Counted from the first letter of the stretch, positions 1 to 11,953 are shown. The stretch: DNA of 64,000 bases from Limnochordia bacterium (GCA_050951545.1 JBMNJG010000012.1:224001-288000); one strand, 5' to 3'. Translations and numbers: made by a program. Notes: generated from the sequence alone by a model not told the origin.

Positions 1-881
1 GCGTGCAGAACTTGTCCGTCAGAGACTACTGCTCGCCGCTCCCGGGCATATAAAGGATCCCCCACAACCGGGAAGCCGATATGAGCCATATGCACCCTGA
101 TCTGGTGGGTACGACCAGTCTCTAGGCCAACCTGCATGAGGGAGTAAGGCCCAAGGGATTCCAGCCGACGAAAATGTGTTACCGCGTGGCGCCCTGTGGA
201 CACGACAGCCATCTTGACCCGATGCACTGGATGACGTCCAACAGGCAATCGCACACTACCCTCAATGGGCGGAGTGCCATGGACGAGTGCCACGTAGATT
301 CGGCGCATGCGGCGTTCCCTCAGCTGGTCTGCTAGCGCTTGGTGAGCTTGATCGTCTCTGGCCACAACCAGGCAGCCAGAGGTGTCTTTGTCTAGCCTAT
401 GGACGATACCGGGCCTTTGAGGGCCTCCGCATATTGACAAAGAGGTACCGTAGCGATAGAGCAAGGCGTTGACTAGGGTGCCTGAGCTATGGCCGATACT
501 CGGGTGCACAACCATTCCTTTTGGCTTGTTGACCACCGCGATGTGCGGGTCTTCGAAAATGATATCTAAGGCGATTGGTTCTGCCTCAAAGGAAAGGGTG
601 TCATCCGGGGCAGGCGGCAGTAGGCAGGTAAGGCGTTCATTTCCCGCTAGGCGTAGGCTTGTGCGCTGAGCGAGTCGACCGTTGATGGCCACTCGACGGT
701 CTGCGATCAGCTTCTGCGCGACGCTTCGCGATGGCACATAGGCAGCAAGAAAACTGTCAAGGCGTTGCCCCGCTGCCGTAGGTGGGACAACAAGTGTCAT
801 GATGTGTCGCGGCCCAGGCAATGGGATTTTGGATCCTGTTAACAGGTGGGGCTGTCTGCCGGTGTTGTGATGGAAGTGCAT
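1..881 (-). CDS. RluA-family pseudouridine synthase (RluD-like), runs off the window start
   Basis: Manual minus-strand translation gives an S4-like RLDSFLA segment, DIIFEDPHIAVVNKPKGMVVHP and the catalytic RPGIVHRLDKDTSG motif. ATG at 881 follows a GGAG. It lies downstream of lspA, as is usual. Absent from the ORF track because the stop is outside the window. Confidence 0.9.
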   Translation of the reverse strand, partial: MHFHHNTGRQPHLLTGSKIPLPGPRHIMTLVVPPTAAGQRLDSFLAAYVPSRSVAQKLIADRRVAINGRLAQRTSLRLAGNERLTCLLPPAPDDTLSFEAEPIALDIIFEDPHIAVVNKPKGMVVHPSIGHSSGTLVNALLYRYGTSLSICGGPQRPGIVHRLDKDTSGCLVVARDDQAHQALADQLRERRMRRIYVALVHGTPPIEGSVRLPVGRHPVHRVKMAVVSTGRHAVTHFRRLESLGPYSLMQVGLETGRTHQIRVHMAHIGFPVVGDPLYARERRAVVSDGQVLH

Positions 882-906
882 CTGCTCCAACTTTCCCTTT
901 GGGATT

Positions 907-1341
907 CTACGAGGTTGGTCCCTGCAGTTGCGACCAGAGAATCAACCCACAGCCGATGACGATGCAGCTGTCAGCTATGTTAAACACGGGGAAAAGACGC
1001 AGGTCCAAAAAGTCTATGACGCTCCCCTGACGGACACGGTCTATCAGATTCCCCATGGCTCCTGCGAGGCCTAGAGCCAGACCCCAGCGAAACATTCGGT
1101 CCTGGCGGGCGACAATGGCTCGGTTTGCCCAAGCCAAAAGCACGAAGCCTGTGGCCGCCGTGACAAAAAGCCAGCGCTGGCCAGCAAAGAGGCTAAAGGC
1201 AGCTCCTTGGTTCTCTACATGTGTGAAGTAAAGCCATGGCGGAAGTATCGCGTGAGGCTCGCCCAAGGGGAGCGTGCGCTGCACCCAGAGCTTGCTTGCC
1301 TGATCAATGATGAGCAGCAAGACAGCGAGCGCCAGGTGCAC
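907..1341 (-). CDS. lspA: Lipoprotein signal peptidase II
   Basis: DQASK, ENQGAAFS, GAMGNLIDR, VIDFL and FNIAD motifs; hydrophobic helices. Confidence 0.96.
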   Translation of the reverse strand: MHLALAVLLLIIDQASKLWVQRTLPLGEPHAILPPWLYFTHVENQGAAFSLFAGQRWLFVTAATGFVLLAWANRAIVARQDRMFRWGLALGLAGAMGNLIDRVRQGSVIDFLDLRLFPVFNIADSCIVIGCGLILWSQLQGPTS

Positions 1342-1469
1342 GTGATCGTCTCCTTCCCATGGCGAGCCTGTTACAGTGCATGGTTGGGCGAGGCTCGAGG
1401 GTAGCGCTGGTGACCACGGTCTGCGCTACCCTTGCATTGTTCGGTCCTGCTAGCAGATTCCCCTGCTAC

Positions 1470-2132
1470 CTAAGACCTCCGGGTGCCGTCCCGGTGCGCC
1501 CGATGGTACTCGCGGGCGATCTGCTTGATATCCTCAGGAGTGAGCTCCCCAGCCATCTCTATCTCGGGATTGCCAGGGAAATCCCTCACCAAATCGAGCC
1601 ATAGGCTCTCCGGGATATCCTCAGGGGCATCTTGCGGTGAGTTGGCCGTGCCGAAGTTGGCTAGGTCATCCCAGACATCCTCACCATCAATACCAGGAGT
1701 GGCTGTGTCTTTAGCCATAGGAGGTGACAGAACTGCCTCCTCCACTGGTCTTGAAGACACTTTACCTTTCTCGCGTCGTGTCTTGCAGGTAAGGCAGAGC
1801 GTGGCGGTAGGAAGGGCCTGCAGGCGCTCTGGGTCGATCGCCTGTGCACACTCTTCACAGGTACCATAGGTGCCTTGCTCTAGTCGGTCCCTTGCCTGCA
1901 AAACCTGTTCAAGCTGCATGTAGGTGCTCAGCAGCAATCCCAGGTCCTTCTCCCGCTCAAACGTCTCAGCCCCCTGATCGGTTGTGTGTTGATCGTAACT
2001 GGAAAGCTCGCCGACAGCATCGGTCTCTGACATCCCCAGTCCTCGTTCCCGTAATCCATGCGCTAGGCTCCAAAGACGCGTGTACTCTATCTCCAAAGCC
2101 TCATATATCTCACTCGGGCTAAGTGATGCCAA
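1470..2132 (-). CDS. TraR/DksA C4-type zinc-finger protein (YteA sporulation family)
   Basis: ELSSYDQH..D.GAETFEREKD, GTYGTCEEC..IDPERL.ALP...LCLTC and RPVEEAVL motifs. Confidence 0.9.
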   Translation of the reverse strand: MASLSPSEIYEALEIEYTRLWSLAHGLRERGLGMSETDAVGELSSYDQHTTDQGAETFEREKDLGLLLSTYMQLEQVLQARDRLEQGTYGTCEECAQAIDPERLQALPTATLCLTCKTRREKGKVSSRPVEEAVLSPPMAKDTATPGIDGEDVWDDLANFGTANSPQDAPEDIPESLWLDLVRDFPGNPEIEMAGELTPEDIKQIAREYHRAHRDGTRRS

Positions 2133-2158
2133 TGTCTCCCCGCCTTAGGCAGTGAGCG

Positions 2159-2458
2159 CTAGCGCAGACGCAACTCGTTTTGCACGATGCGAGCCACGTC
2201 TGCCACGAACTCACCGATGATCGGAAGGTTGAACGTAGCCAAGCGGGCCAGAATCAGAAGAAAGACAGCACCTATTACTGTAAACCCAACGGCCATACCG
2301 AAGCCTCTGGCGAGACCCGCGATGAAGTTGAGCCACAGCATACGTCGGGGTCGACGGTAGAGCTCAACATAGTCGGCCATGCCAGACTTGGCAAAAGCGT
2401 CGGTGGCTTGCTCCAATTTCTGAAGGAGCTTGTTGTTCTGATCGGTGGCTTCACTCAC
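2159..2458 (-). CDS. DUF5665-family small membrane protein
   Basis: DYVELYRRPRRMLWLNFIAGLARGFGMAVGFT...NLPIIGEFVA pattern; GGAGG RBS. Confidence 0.8.
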   Translation of the reverse strand: MSEATDQNNKLLQKLEQATDAFAKSGMADYVELYRRPRRMLWLNFIAGLARGFGMAVGFTVIGAVFLLILARLATFNLPIIGEFVADVARIVQNELRLR

Positions 2459-2597
2459 TTACGCCAACCTCCTACTGTAGGTTCCCGAGGCGATGACGGC
2501 GGTATCCTGTCCTGCCTGAGGCAGGTATGGCTGCGCGTTCCGTCGAAGGTCGCAGCTGGATATACGGAAAAAAAGCAGATCTAAAGGAGAACACCCA

Positions 2598-3902
2598 GTG
2601 AATCAGCGGACACACACGCAGTCTAAACGTTTGTTTGCCAAGGCTCAACACTGTATCGCGGGCGGCGTCAACAGCCCATCTCGTTCGTTTGCCGCGGTAG
2701 GAGGCGGCAGTCCTGTATTCATGGAGCGCGGTGAAGGTGCCTATCTCTACGATGCCGATGGCAATCGCTATGTCGATTACCTTTGTGCTTTTGGTGCCCT
2801 CATCTTGGGGCATGCTCACCCAGCAGTGGTGGCCGCCGTCTCAGAAGGACTGCCTCGCGGTACGGTTTTTGGCGCTCCGACCGAGCTGGAAGTGGAGTTC
2901 GCGGCTAAGCTCTGTGCGATCGTGCCTACCCTGGAAATGGTTCGGTTCAATGTCTCAGGTACTGAAGCGGTGATGACGGCGATCCGCTTGGCCAGAGGTG
3001 CTACTGGCCGCTCCAAGATTCTCAAGTTCAGCGGAAGCTATCACGGCCACAGTGATCTTGTGCTTGTGTCGGCGGGCTCGGGCTCGTCAACACTTTCTAT
3101 CGATGAGAGTCTTGGCGTTCCTCCATCGGTCAAGGATGAAGTGGTAGATGTGCCCTTCAACAATCCGGAGGCCTTACGTCAAGCTGTAGTGCTGTACGGA
3201 CACGAGCTGGCAGCAGCGCTTGTAGAACCTGTTGTAGGCAACTTCGGCATTGTTCCACCAGAGCCTGGTTTCTTGGAGCTGCTTCAGCAGCAGATGCGCG
3301 CCTGCGGCGCTCTCGTCATATGGGATGAAGTCATCACTGCGTTTCGGTTTGGCTATGGCTCTATCCAGAACATCTTCCAGTTGCAGCCCGACATCATTAC
3401 CCTGGGCAAGGTGATTGGCGGTGGCTTACCCATTGGCGCCTACGGAGCGCGGCGCGAACTCATGCAATACGTAGCTCCTCTTGGTGGAGTCTATCAGGAT
3501 GGTACCATGGCAGGTAACCCTCTTTCAATGCTGGCTGGTATGACCTGCCTTGATCTCCTCAAGGAACCTGGATTATACGAGCGCCTCGCACGACACGGCC
3601 ACACGCTGGCTACCGCAGCTCGCACAGCGTCTGAGAAACATGGGATCGCGACACATGTGGGCGAGTTTCGAGGAGCGGTGTCGATCCAATTCACGGACGA
3701 ACGTGTCATTGACTTTGCTGGGTGCAACCGCTCTAGCTCGGAGAGGTTTGCTCGCTTCTTCCATCTCATGCTTGAGCAGGGTATTCTTATGCCTCCTTCT
3801 AAATACGAGGCCATGTTCGTATCGGCTGCTCACAGCGATGCCGATATCAATTACACCGCCGAGTGCATCGACCGAGCACTTGCCACAATGGCTGGAGAGT
3901 AG
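2598..3902 (+). CDS. hemL: Glutamate-1-semialdehyde 2,1-aminomutase
   Basis: GGVNSPSR, SGTEAVMTAIRLARG, YHGHSD, DEVITAFR and the PLP lysine in TLGKVIGGGLP. Confidence 0.95.
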   Translation: MNQRTHTQSKRLFAKAQHCIAGGVNSPSRSFAAVGGGSPVFMERGEGAYLYDADGNRYVDYLCAFGALILGHAHPAVVAAVSEGLPRGTVFGAPTELEVEFAAKLCAIVPTLEMVRFNVSGTEAVMTAIRLARGATGRSKILKFSGSYHGHSDLVLVSAGSGSSTLSIDESLGVPPSVKDEVVDVPFNNPEALRQAVVLYGHELAAALVEPVVGNFGIVPPEPGFLELLQQQMRACGALVIWDEVITAFRFGYGSIQNIFQLQPDIITLGKVIGGGLPIGAYGARRELMQYVAPLGGVYQDGTMAGNPLSMLAGMTCLDLLKEPGLYERLARHGHTLATAARTASEKHGIATHVGEFRGAVSIQFTDERVIDFAGCNRSSSERFARFFHLMLEQGILMPPSKYEAMFVSAAHSDADINYTAECIDRALATMAGE

Positions 3903-3905
3903 ATG

Positions 3906-3929
3906 GAAAGCCCCCGAATGGGGGCTTTC
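3906..3929. terminator. Likely bidirectional intrinsic terminator between convergent hemL and ileS
   Basis: Perfect 10-bp stem GAAAGCCCCC-gaat-GGGGGCTTTC. Confidence 0.8.
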
Positions 3930-3934
3930 GTTTC

Positions 3935-6712
3935 CTACTGCATAACTACCTCAAAGCAGCGTTCACATAGTGAGGGATGCTCCTTATGCTCTCCAACACC
4001 TTCGCTGTAGCGCCAACAGCGCTCGCATTTCTCACCGGCGGCTTTCTCGGCTACCACTCGAATGCTGTCTTGTTGCTCGCTCAAACCAGAGACTGGGTTC
4101 TCTTCGCTATCATGGATGTGCACGTCGGAAACCATAAACAGAGCTGGTAAATCCGTAAACGACGCCAACCGCTGCCTGACCTTTTCGTCGGCATAGATGT
4201 GTATTGTCGCCTCGTTGCTGCTTCCAATAAGCTTACTGTTACGGCCCTGCTCCAAGACTCGGGCGACAATCCTGCGCACGTTGAAGAAGTGCTCCCAACG
4301 CTGGTCAAGCTCGGTGTCTAGAAGGTCGGTGCGTACTGGCCGCCACCGCGACAGATGCACACTCTCTTTCTCCTTAGCCTCCTGCGGCAGGTACTCCCAG
4401 ATCTCCTCCGAGGTAAACGGCAGCACGGGCGCGATTAGCTGCACAAGAGTGAACAGGATATCATAGAGGGCAGTCTGCGCGGACCGCCGGCGGAAGGAAT
4501 CCGCTTCGTCGCAGTATAGGATGTCTTTTATCACGTCCAGGTAGAATCCACCCATGTCCACCGCGCAGAAGTTGTGTACCGCTTGGTGCAGTACGTGAAA
4601 CTCGTACTCCCGGTATGCTTGCACCACGCGCTGATGCAGGCGTTCGGCGCGCATCAGTGCCCAGCGCTCTAGTTCTGGTAACTCCGCATAGGGCACGGCA
4701 TTCTCCAGATGAAAGCCGCTGATGTTGGCCAGCATGAACCGTGCTGTGTTACGGATGCGGCGGTATACTTCGGCGATTTGGTCTAGGATGCTCTCGGAGA
4801 CACTGATATCAGCCCTATAGTCTGCCGAAGCGACCCAGAGTCTGAGGATATCGGCCCCATACCTGCTGATAATCTCCTCCGGAGCGATGACATTGCCAAT
4901 GGACTTTGACATCTTGTGCCCTTCAGCATCCACGATAAAGCCGTGGGTCAACACGCTGCGGTAAGGAGGTTGCCCGTAGGCAGCCACAGAGGTCAGCAAC
5001 GAGGACTGGAACCAGCCTCTGTGCTGATCTGAACCTTCAAGGTACAGATCCGCGGGCCAGCGAAGCTCCGACCGCTGGCCGCATACGGCCGCATGACTCG
5101 AACCTGAGTCGAACCAGACATCCATGATGTCGGTCTCCTTGCGAAAAGCCTGCGCTCCGCAAGCGTCACAGGTCGTTCCCGCAGGCAGGATCTCTTCAGC
5201 CTCATAGATCCACCAAGCGTCAGCACCTTCTCTTCGGAAAAGAGACGACACTGCGGCGATGCTCTTCTCGGTTACGAGGTGCCTTCCGCACGATTGGCAG
5301 TAGAATATGGGGATCGGGACACCCCACAGCCGCTGACGCGAGATGCACCAGTCGTGTCTCTCCTTGACCATTCCGGTTATCCTGTCAATGCCCCACTGTG
5401 GAATCCACTCCACCTGCTGAATGGCAGTCAGAGCTTCTGCTCGGAAGCCCTCTACCGAGGCAAACCACTGCTCAGTAGCCCGAAAGACGATTGGATGCTT
5501 GCAGCGCCAGCAGTGTGGGTACTGGTGTGTAAGTTTGGCGGCCTTCATCAGACTGCCAGCTTGGCGCATATCGTCTATAATCACTTGGTTGGCTTCTGAG
5601 AGTAGCATGCCGGCATATGGTCCCGCTTCCGACGTAAAGCGCCCTTTGCTGTCTACAGGGGCGTACACATCAAGACCGTAGCGCAGGCCCACCTCATAGT
5701 CTTCCAGGCCGTGCCCCGGCGCGGTGTGTACGCATCCGGTGCCAGCCTCTAGAGTCACATGCTCACCAAGAATCAGCGGCGAAGAGCGCTCAATGAACGG
5801 ATGGCGAGTCACAATCCCCTCCAAATCAGAGCCGAGAAAGTGACGTTTGACATGGTAGTCGGACCACTGGAGCTCTTTTGCCACCTCACCAAGGAGCTCT
5901 TCCGCCACCACGTACTGCTCGCTTGCTGTCTCGACCAGAACGTACCTTAGCTGAGGATGCAACGCAATCGCTAGATTGGCTGGCAGAGTCCAGGGTGTCG
6001 TGGTCCAGACTACAACATAGGTTTCTTGGTCAGCTGCCCCTAAGAGCCCCAGGTCATCAGTGACCAAGAAACGGACGTAGATGGAGTAGGAGAGGTGATC
6101 GTGATACTCGATCTCGGCCTCGGCCAGGGCGGTTTCGCAATCTGTGCACCAGTACACAGGCTTTCGGCCCTTGTAGATAAAGCCTTTGAGAGCCATCTTG
6201 CCGAATATCTCAATCTGTTTGGCTTCGTACTCTGGGGTCATAGTGATGTAGGGATCATCCCAGTCTCCCCACACGCCTAGACGCCGAAACTCCTCACGCT
6301 GAATATCCAGATACTTTAGCGCATACTCGCGGCAACGGCGGCGGAACTCGATAGGTGACATGGAGTTCAGGCTCAATCCGACAGCCTTCATCGCCTTCAG
6401 CTCTACGGGCAGGCCGTGACAGTCCCAGCCCGGAACGTATGGCACCAGGTAGCCATCCATCGAACGTGAGCGGATGACCATGTCCTTGAGCACTTTGTTG
6501 AGGGCCGTGCCCAGATGTATGTGCCCATTGGCGTAGGGCGGTCCATCGTGGAGCACGAATAGGGGAAGGTCCGCCTCCCGTCCCTCCTGCTGTAGCTTGT
6601 CGTATACGCCTGCCGCCTGCCATTGGGCCAACCGTTGCGGTTCGCGTTGCACAAGATTGGCCCTCATGGGAAAACGCGTCTTGCCCACGAGCACCGTGTT
6701 CCGATAATCCAT
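3935..6712 (-). CDS. ileS: Isoleucyl-tRNA synthetase (bacterial type 1)
   Basis: HDGPPYANGHIHLG (HIGH), GWDCHGLP, WCISRQR, KMSKS and a C-terminal CERCW...CERC zinc finger. Confidence 0.98.
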   Translation of the reverse strand: MDYRNTVLVGKTRFPMRANLVQREPQRLAQWQAAGVYDKLQQEGREADLPLFVLHDGPPYANGHIHLGTALNKVLKDMVIRSRSMDGYLVPYVPGWDCHGLPVELKAMKAVGLSLNSMSPIEFRRRCREYALKYLDIQREEFRRLGVWGDWDDPYITMTPEYEAKQIEIFGKMALKGFIYKGRKPVYWCTDCETALAEAEIEYHDHLSYSIYVRFLVTDDLGLLGAADQETYVVVWTTTPWTLPANLAIALHPQLRYVLVETASEQYVVAEELLGEVAKELQWSDYHVKRHFLGSDLEGIVTRHPFIERSSPLILGEHVTLEAGTGCVHTAPGHGLEDYEVGLRYGLDVYAPVDSKGRFTSEAGPYAGMLLSEANQVIIDDMRQAGSLMKAAKLTHQYPHCWRCKHPIVFRATEQWFASVEGFRAEALTAIQQVEWIPQWGIDRITGMVKERHDWCISRQRLWGVPIPIFYCQSCGRHLVTEKSIAAVSSLFRREGADAWWIYEAEEILPAGTTCDACGAQAFRKETDIMDVWFDSGSSHAAVCGQRSELRWPADLYLEGSDQHRGWFQSSLLTSVAAYGQPPYRSVLTHGFIVDAEGHKMSKSIGNVIAPEEIISRYGADILRLWVASADYRADISVSESILDQIAEVYRRIRNTARFMLANISGFHLENAVPYAELPELERWALMRAERLHQRVVQAYREYEFHVLHQAVHNFCAVDMGGFYLDVIKDILYCDEADSFRRRSAQTALYDILFTLVQLIAPVLPFTSEEIWEYLPQEAKEKESVHLSRWRPVRTDLLDTELDQRWEHFFNVRRIVARVLEQGRNSKLIGSSNEATIHIYADEKVRQRLASFTDLPALFMVSDVHIHDSEENPVSGLSEQQDSIRVVAEKAAGEKCERCWRYSEGVGEHKEHPSLCERCFEVVMQ

Positions 6713-6769
6713 CCGAATGGACCTCCCCGAAAAGGCTTCTGTTCCTGGCCTGTTCTGCTAGTTTGGCGA

Positions 6770-7035
6770 AAAAAGAGAAAGCCTCTCATCCTTGTGAGGA
6801 CGAGAGGCACGATCCCGCGGTACCACCTCAGTTAGACCGGGGCGCCACGGCGCACCCGCTCTCGGCTTGTGTCAATAACGGCGACAACCGTCTTCCACTA
6901 CTTGCGCTGCTTTGTGCAGATGCTTTTGCAGAGGAGGCTCTGGGGGGATAGCCACTAAGCGACGGATTCCGGGCTCACACCTAACCCCGGTTCTCTGTAC
7001 CCTAGTCGTTCTTAGGACCTGCCCCTTCATCGCTA
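6770..7035 (-). promoter_or_regulatory. T-box riboswitch leader, Ile (AUC) specifier
   Basis: Minus strand has the T-box AGGTGGTACCGCG (about 6816-6828), a terminator hairpin GCCTCTCGTCC/GGATGAGAGGC with a T-rich tail, stem I AGAGA and GGTGTGA loop motifs, and an ATC specifier at 6947-6949. Directly upstream of ileS. Confidence 0.92.
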
Positions 7036-7128
7036 CGATGATTGATAAGGCGGACTTGGGGCCGCCTGTATTGCCATTAGTATATCTAAGCATGACTGCT
7101 GTAGTCAACCAGCCTGTGGGAGCTTTTT

Positions 7129-7323
7129 CTACCTACGGCGTTGCTTAGCTACCTCTGCGGACAGATAGGCATCGAGGCGATCCCATAAACTGCCGAATTC
7201 CTCGGAATCTTGAGCGACCTCCAAAAGGCGATGAAAAACAACGTTCATGTCGTCCGCTTGATTCTCTCCCGCCAGTGTTTGGCGGACAGCTTGGGACTTG
7301 CCGATGGCTACGCCTGCAGGCAT
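7129..7323 (-). CDS. Small hypothetical protein (64 aa)
   Basis: GGGGG RBS about 8 nt before the ATG; helical-looking C-terminal half; fills the comA-ileS gap. No family recognised. Confidence 0.45.
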   Translation of the reverse strand: MPAGVAIGKSQAVRQTLAGENQADDMNVVFHRLLEVAQDSEEFGSLWDRLDAYLSAEVAKQRRR

Positions 7324-7415
7324 GGATCATACCCCCTGTGGCCGGCTTTGCTTTGTGCATACGCACAAGATACTACGACTGCCGTCCACAGATTCCTGCA
7401 TTTGGCCACAAGAAT

Positions 7416-8249
7416 CTATGCAGTACCACGCTCTCCAAGTATCTGCTCCGCATAGACTCGGAAAGTGTCGCCACGCAATCCGGCACGGGTGGCGGCCAAA
7501 GTGATCACGTCACTGGGCTGCACGTTACCGAGGTTGACATTCGATCCAAGCTTCAGAATCAACTGTTGCTGTTGGGAGACCAACGGTGCCTCCCACATCA
7601 CCACCGATGGATCGGTGGTGCCAGCTATGATGAGATCGATGAGCCTATCGTCGCCTCGGCCGTCACTGTCAAAGACACCCACTCCTCGGCCTGAATCTCG
7701 CGCTTCGATGATGACGCGCTCAGCCCCGGATTCCAGGTCAGCCTGTATCTGAGCATGTACATGGTCTGCATCAAAGCGATATCCCTTCTCCTTTTTTCCA
7801 ATCTCTGTTATGACGCGCAGCCCCCGTGAGACCGCGGCCCGAATAAGGCTGTTACGGCGCTGCGGCGTCAAGGGGATGGTCCCGTCTGATACCTCGACCA
7901 CGTTGAATCCCAGGCGGCAGAGCCGCTCGAGCCACGCCTCGGCCACATTCTGAAGCTCCGCCACTTCCAGCAGCGTCCCCCCGGGGTACAAAGCCACGGA
8001 ATAGCGGTGTGCAAGGGCGATCTTCTCCTCCAGCATGCCTCGAGGATACATCATTGAGGTGCCAAATCCTAACTTAAGAAAATCGATGTGCATCGCGGCC
8101 ATGTCAAGCAGATCGGCTAGAGCCGCTAGTCCTAGGCCCTTGTCAATGGCCATGGTAAGCCCGCTGTCTCGAGGTTTGGTCTCAAGGACAACTGGTGGTT
8201 TCACCGTATCTTGCCATCCTAATCCTTTCGCACCCATAAATGGCCTCAC
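7416..8249 (-). CDS. comA: Phosphosulfolactate synthase (ComA family)
   Basis: KPRDSGLTMAIDKG, DFLKLGFGTS, YPGGTLLE, EVSDGTI, TEIGKK, WEAP, VNLGNV and GLRGDT motifs. Start uncertain. Confidence 0.92.
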   Translation of the reverse strand: MRPFMGAKGLGWQDTVKPPVVLETKPRDSGLTMAIDKGLGLAALADLLDMAAMHIDFLKLGFGTSMMYPRGMLEEKIALAHRYSVALYPGGTLLEVAELQNVAEAWLERLCRLGFNVVEVSDGTIPLTPQRRNSLIRAAVSRGLRVITEIGKKEKGYRFDADHVHAQIQADLESGAERVIIEARDSGRGVGVFDSDGRGDDRLIDLIIAGTTDPSVVMWEAPLVSQQQQLILKLGSNVNLGNVQPSDVITLAATRAGLRGDTFRVYAEQILGERGTA

Positions 8250-8449
8250 TCCCAGAACGTACCTTCTGTGCAGGCTCTCGCCCTCTACAGATTACTTCAT
8301 AGAGCCGTCGCTTTCCTGGCGCGCGCGGAATGATCCAACGCCCTTGGGTACATTCTATGTAGCTACCTCGTTGGCCGTGAGCTACGGCAGGACTTGCTGG
8401 CCCTGCGCGTAATAGCTTGCTTAATGGCAATGATGGATACTTGACCGGA

Positions 8450-8486
8450 GGAGTACGCGTGTCGACCGCGCGGCGAAGTCCAGGCT
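8450..8486 (+). repeat. Shortened copy (D) of the dispersed intergenic hairpin repeat
   Basis: GGAGTACGCGTGTCGACCGC...GAAGTCCAGGC matches the reverse complement of the copies at 18551-18623 and 19487-19542; immediately before an AAGGAGG RBS. Confidence 0.6.
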
Positions 8487-8496
8487 TCTAAGGAGG

Positions 8497-9645
8497 ATGC
8501 ATGTGTTGCGGCACTATGACTGCATCGTTGTCGGGCTAGGGCCCGCGGGTTCTACGGCCCTAAAGGATATTAGCACGGCGGGCGTACGCGCCTTGGGCGT
8601 TGATAAGGCAGCCTTTCCGCGCGACAAGTGCTGCGGTGGGGCGCTCTCAGCTGCTGCGGAAAGACAGCTCCAGGTGCCCGAATGGAAACAGGCGGTGGAG
8701 GCTGAGATGCACACAGTGCGCGTGGCCCTTCGTTTGGGCCAGGAAATGACACATTCTACCCCAGAACCCATATGTCGCTTTGTCATGCGTGATCAGTTCG
8801 ATCACGTTCTTGTGGAAGCAGCCATAGCCTCTGGCGCTGAGGTGTTGTGTGGAGAGCCTATCGTCTCTTTGGAGATAGCGCCGCCTGGGGTGATTGTGCA
8901 AACGCCCACGCAGAAGCTGACAGCACGATGCCTAGTTGGGTGCGACGGTGCCCATAGTGTTGTGGCTCGTTCGCTCGGGCTATCACCAGCAGCCAGCGGA
9001 GCGGCTATAGAACAGGAGATGGTAGTGCCTAACAAGGTTGTGCGTCAGTGGGAAGGCACTGTGTATGTCTCCTACGGCGATCCGGCATGGGGCTATGGTT
9101 GGGTCTTCCCCAAGAAACACGGATTGAGTGTTGGCGTAGGGAGCTTCTCCCCTCGGAAGGCCCAGTTGCCGCTGCATCTGGAACGTCTGCTGGCCCACTG
9201 CAAGCTGAGTGGATATCCATCGCGCAGAAGCGGACATCCGATACCCTTGGGCGGTATGCGGAGACAGCTTCACAAGGGACCAGTCTGTCTGGCTGGAGAT
9301 GCGGCATCTCTTTGCGACCCACTCTCGGGAGAAGGCATCTCCCACGCCCTGCTGAGTGGCCATATCGCGGCCCGACACGTCCTGCAGTATCTCACTGGAG
9401 AGACACGAGACTTCGCCGCGTACCAGGCAGAGATCGAACAGCGGATCACTCAAGAAATGGCTTTGGCTCGCTGGATCGCTGGCAAGCTGTACAGGGCTCC
9501 GCGTCTTTTTTTCGGGTTGCTACAGCGTAGTCCATCCACACTAGCCCTTTATTTCCAGTTGATCGGCGGAACAGCAACCTACCGCGACGTAGTCAACCAT
9601 CTCAAACAGCAGTTCAGACGCTTCGCCGTGTTTGGTACTGGGTAG
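8497..9645 (+). CDS. Geranylgeranyl reductase family FAD-dependent oxidoreductase
   Basis: VVGLGPAGS, FPRDKCCGG, RDQFD, GCDGAHS, YGWVFPK and LAGDAASLCDPLSGEGI motifs. Confidence 0.9.
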   Translation: MHVLRHYDCIVVGLGPAGSTALKDISTAGVRALGVDKAAFPRDKCCGGALSAAAERQLQVPEWKQAVEAEMHTVRVALRLGQEMTHSTPEPICRFVMRDQFDHVLVEAAIASGAEVLCGEPIVSLEIAPPGVIVQTPTQKLTARCLVGCDGAHSVVARSLGLSPAASGAAIEQEMVVPNKVVRQWEGTVYVSYGDPAWGYGWVFPKKHGLSVGVGSFSPRKAQLPLHLERLLAHCKLSGYPSRRSGHPIPLGGMRRQLHKGPVCLAGDAASLCDPLSGEGISHALLSGHIAARHVLQYLTGETRDFAAYQAEIEQRITQEMALARWIAGKLYRAPRLFFGLLQRSPSTLALYFQLIGGTATYRDVVNHLKQQFRRFAVFGTG

Positions 9646-9751
9646 GTTGCCGCCTGCCTGGTATGCCAACGCTCACATAACTGCGCCTATCCCGGGTACC
9701 TTATCATCACCTAGTGCCTGGACGGATTCCATGGTTTTCCTCAGATGGGTA

Positions 9752-9779
9752 TTGACACAGAGAGGATTTCGGCTATATT
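9752..9779 (+). promoter_or_regulatory. Sigma-A-like promoter of groESL
   Basis: TTGACA-N16-TATATT directly upstream of the CIRCE. Confidence 0.7.
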
Positions 9780-9787
9780 AGGACGTG

Positions 9788-9814
9788 GTAGCACTCGCGG
9801 GCCGCGAGTGCTAA
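9788..9814 (+). promoter_or_regulatory. CIRCE element (HrcA operator)
   Basis: GTAGCACTC-N9-GAGTGCTAA, one mismatch to TTAGCACTC-N9-GAGTGCTAA, upstream of groES. Confidence 0.95.
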
Positions 9815-9860
9815 CAGACGGTGAACATAGTGCAGTGAATCACACAGGAGGGAGCATTGT

Positions 9861-10148
9861 ATGACGTTAAAGCCGTTAGGAGACCGGGTTGTTGTCCGGG
9901 CTATTGAGGAAGAGCAGCTAACTGCGGGTGGTATCGTGTTACCGGATACAGCCAAGGAGAAGCCGCAACAGGGCGAAGTAGTCGCCGTGGGCACTGGTAA
10001 GTTGCTCGACAATGGCGAGCGTGTGCCGCTCGAGGTGAAAGACGGAGATCGCATTATCTTTGCCAAGTATGGTGGTACTGAAGTCAAAATCAAGGGTGAG
10101 GAGTACCTGATTCTGCGCGAGAGCGACATCCTGGCCATCGTAAGCTGA
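9861..10148 (+). CDS. groES: Co-chaperonin GroES
   Basis: [24 protein letters not shown] and KYGGTEVK motifs. Confidence 0.98.
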   Translation: MTLKPLGDRVVVRAIEEEQLTAGGIVLPDTAKEKPQQGEVVAVGTGKLLDNGERVPLEVKDGDRIIFAKYGGTEVKIKGEEYLILRESDILAIVS

Positions 10149-10161
10149 CATTTGCCTCTGA

Positions 10162-11841
<1,680 letters not shown>

Positions 11842-11953
11842 GCCAGCAACTGTGGCTGTAGCTGTGCGTGGGGTGGGATTGAAAAGCTTCCCGCCCCCGC
11901 ACTCTAGCCATTGACAAGCGCCTGTTCTCTCGCTTATACTGAGGCAGTAGATG

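Noticed and set aside
1360-1470. Three consecutive hairpins between yteA and lspA
   Set aside because: Consistent with terminator/stability stems in GC-rich DNA; no riboswitch consensus and no similarity to the repeat family.
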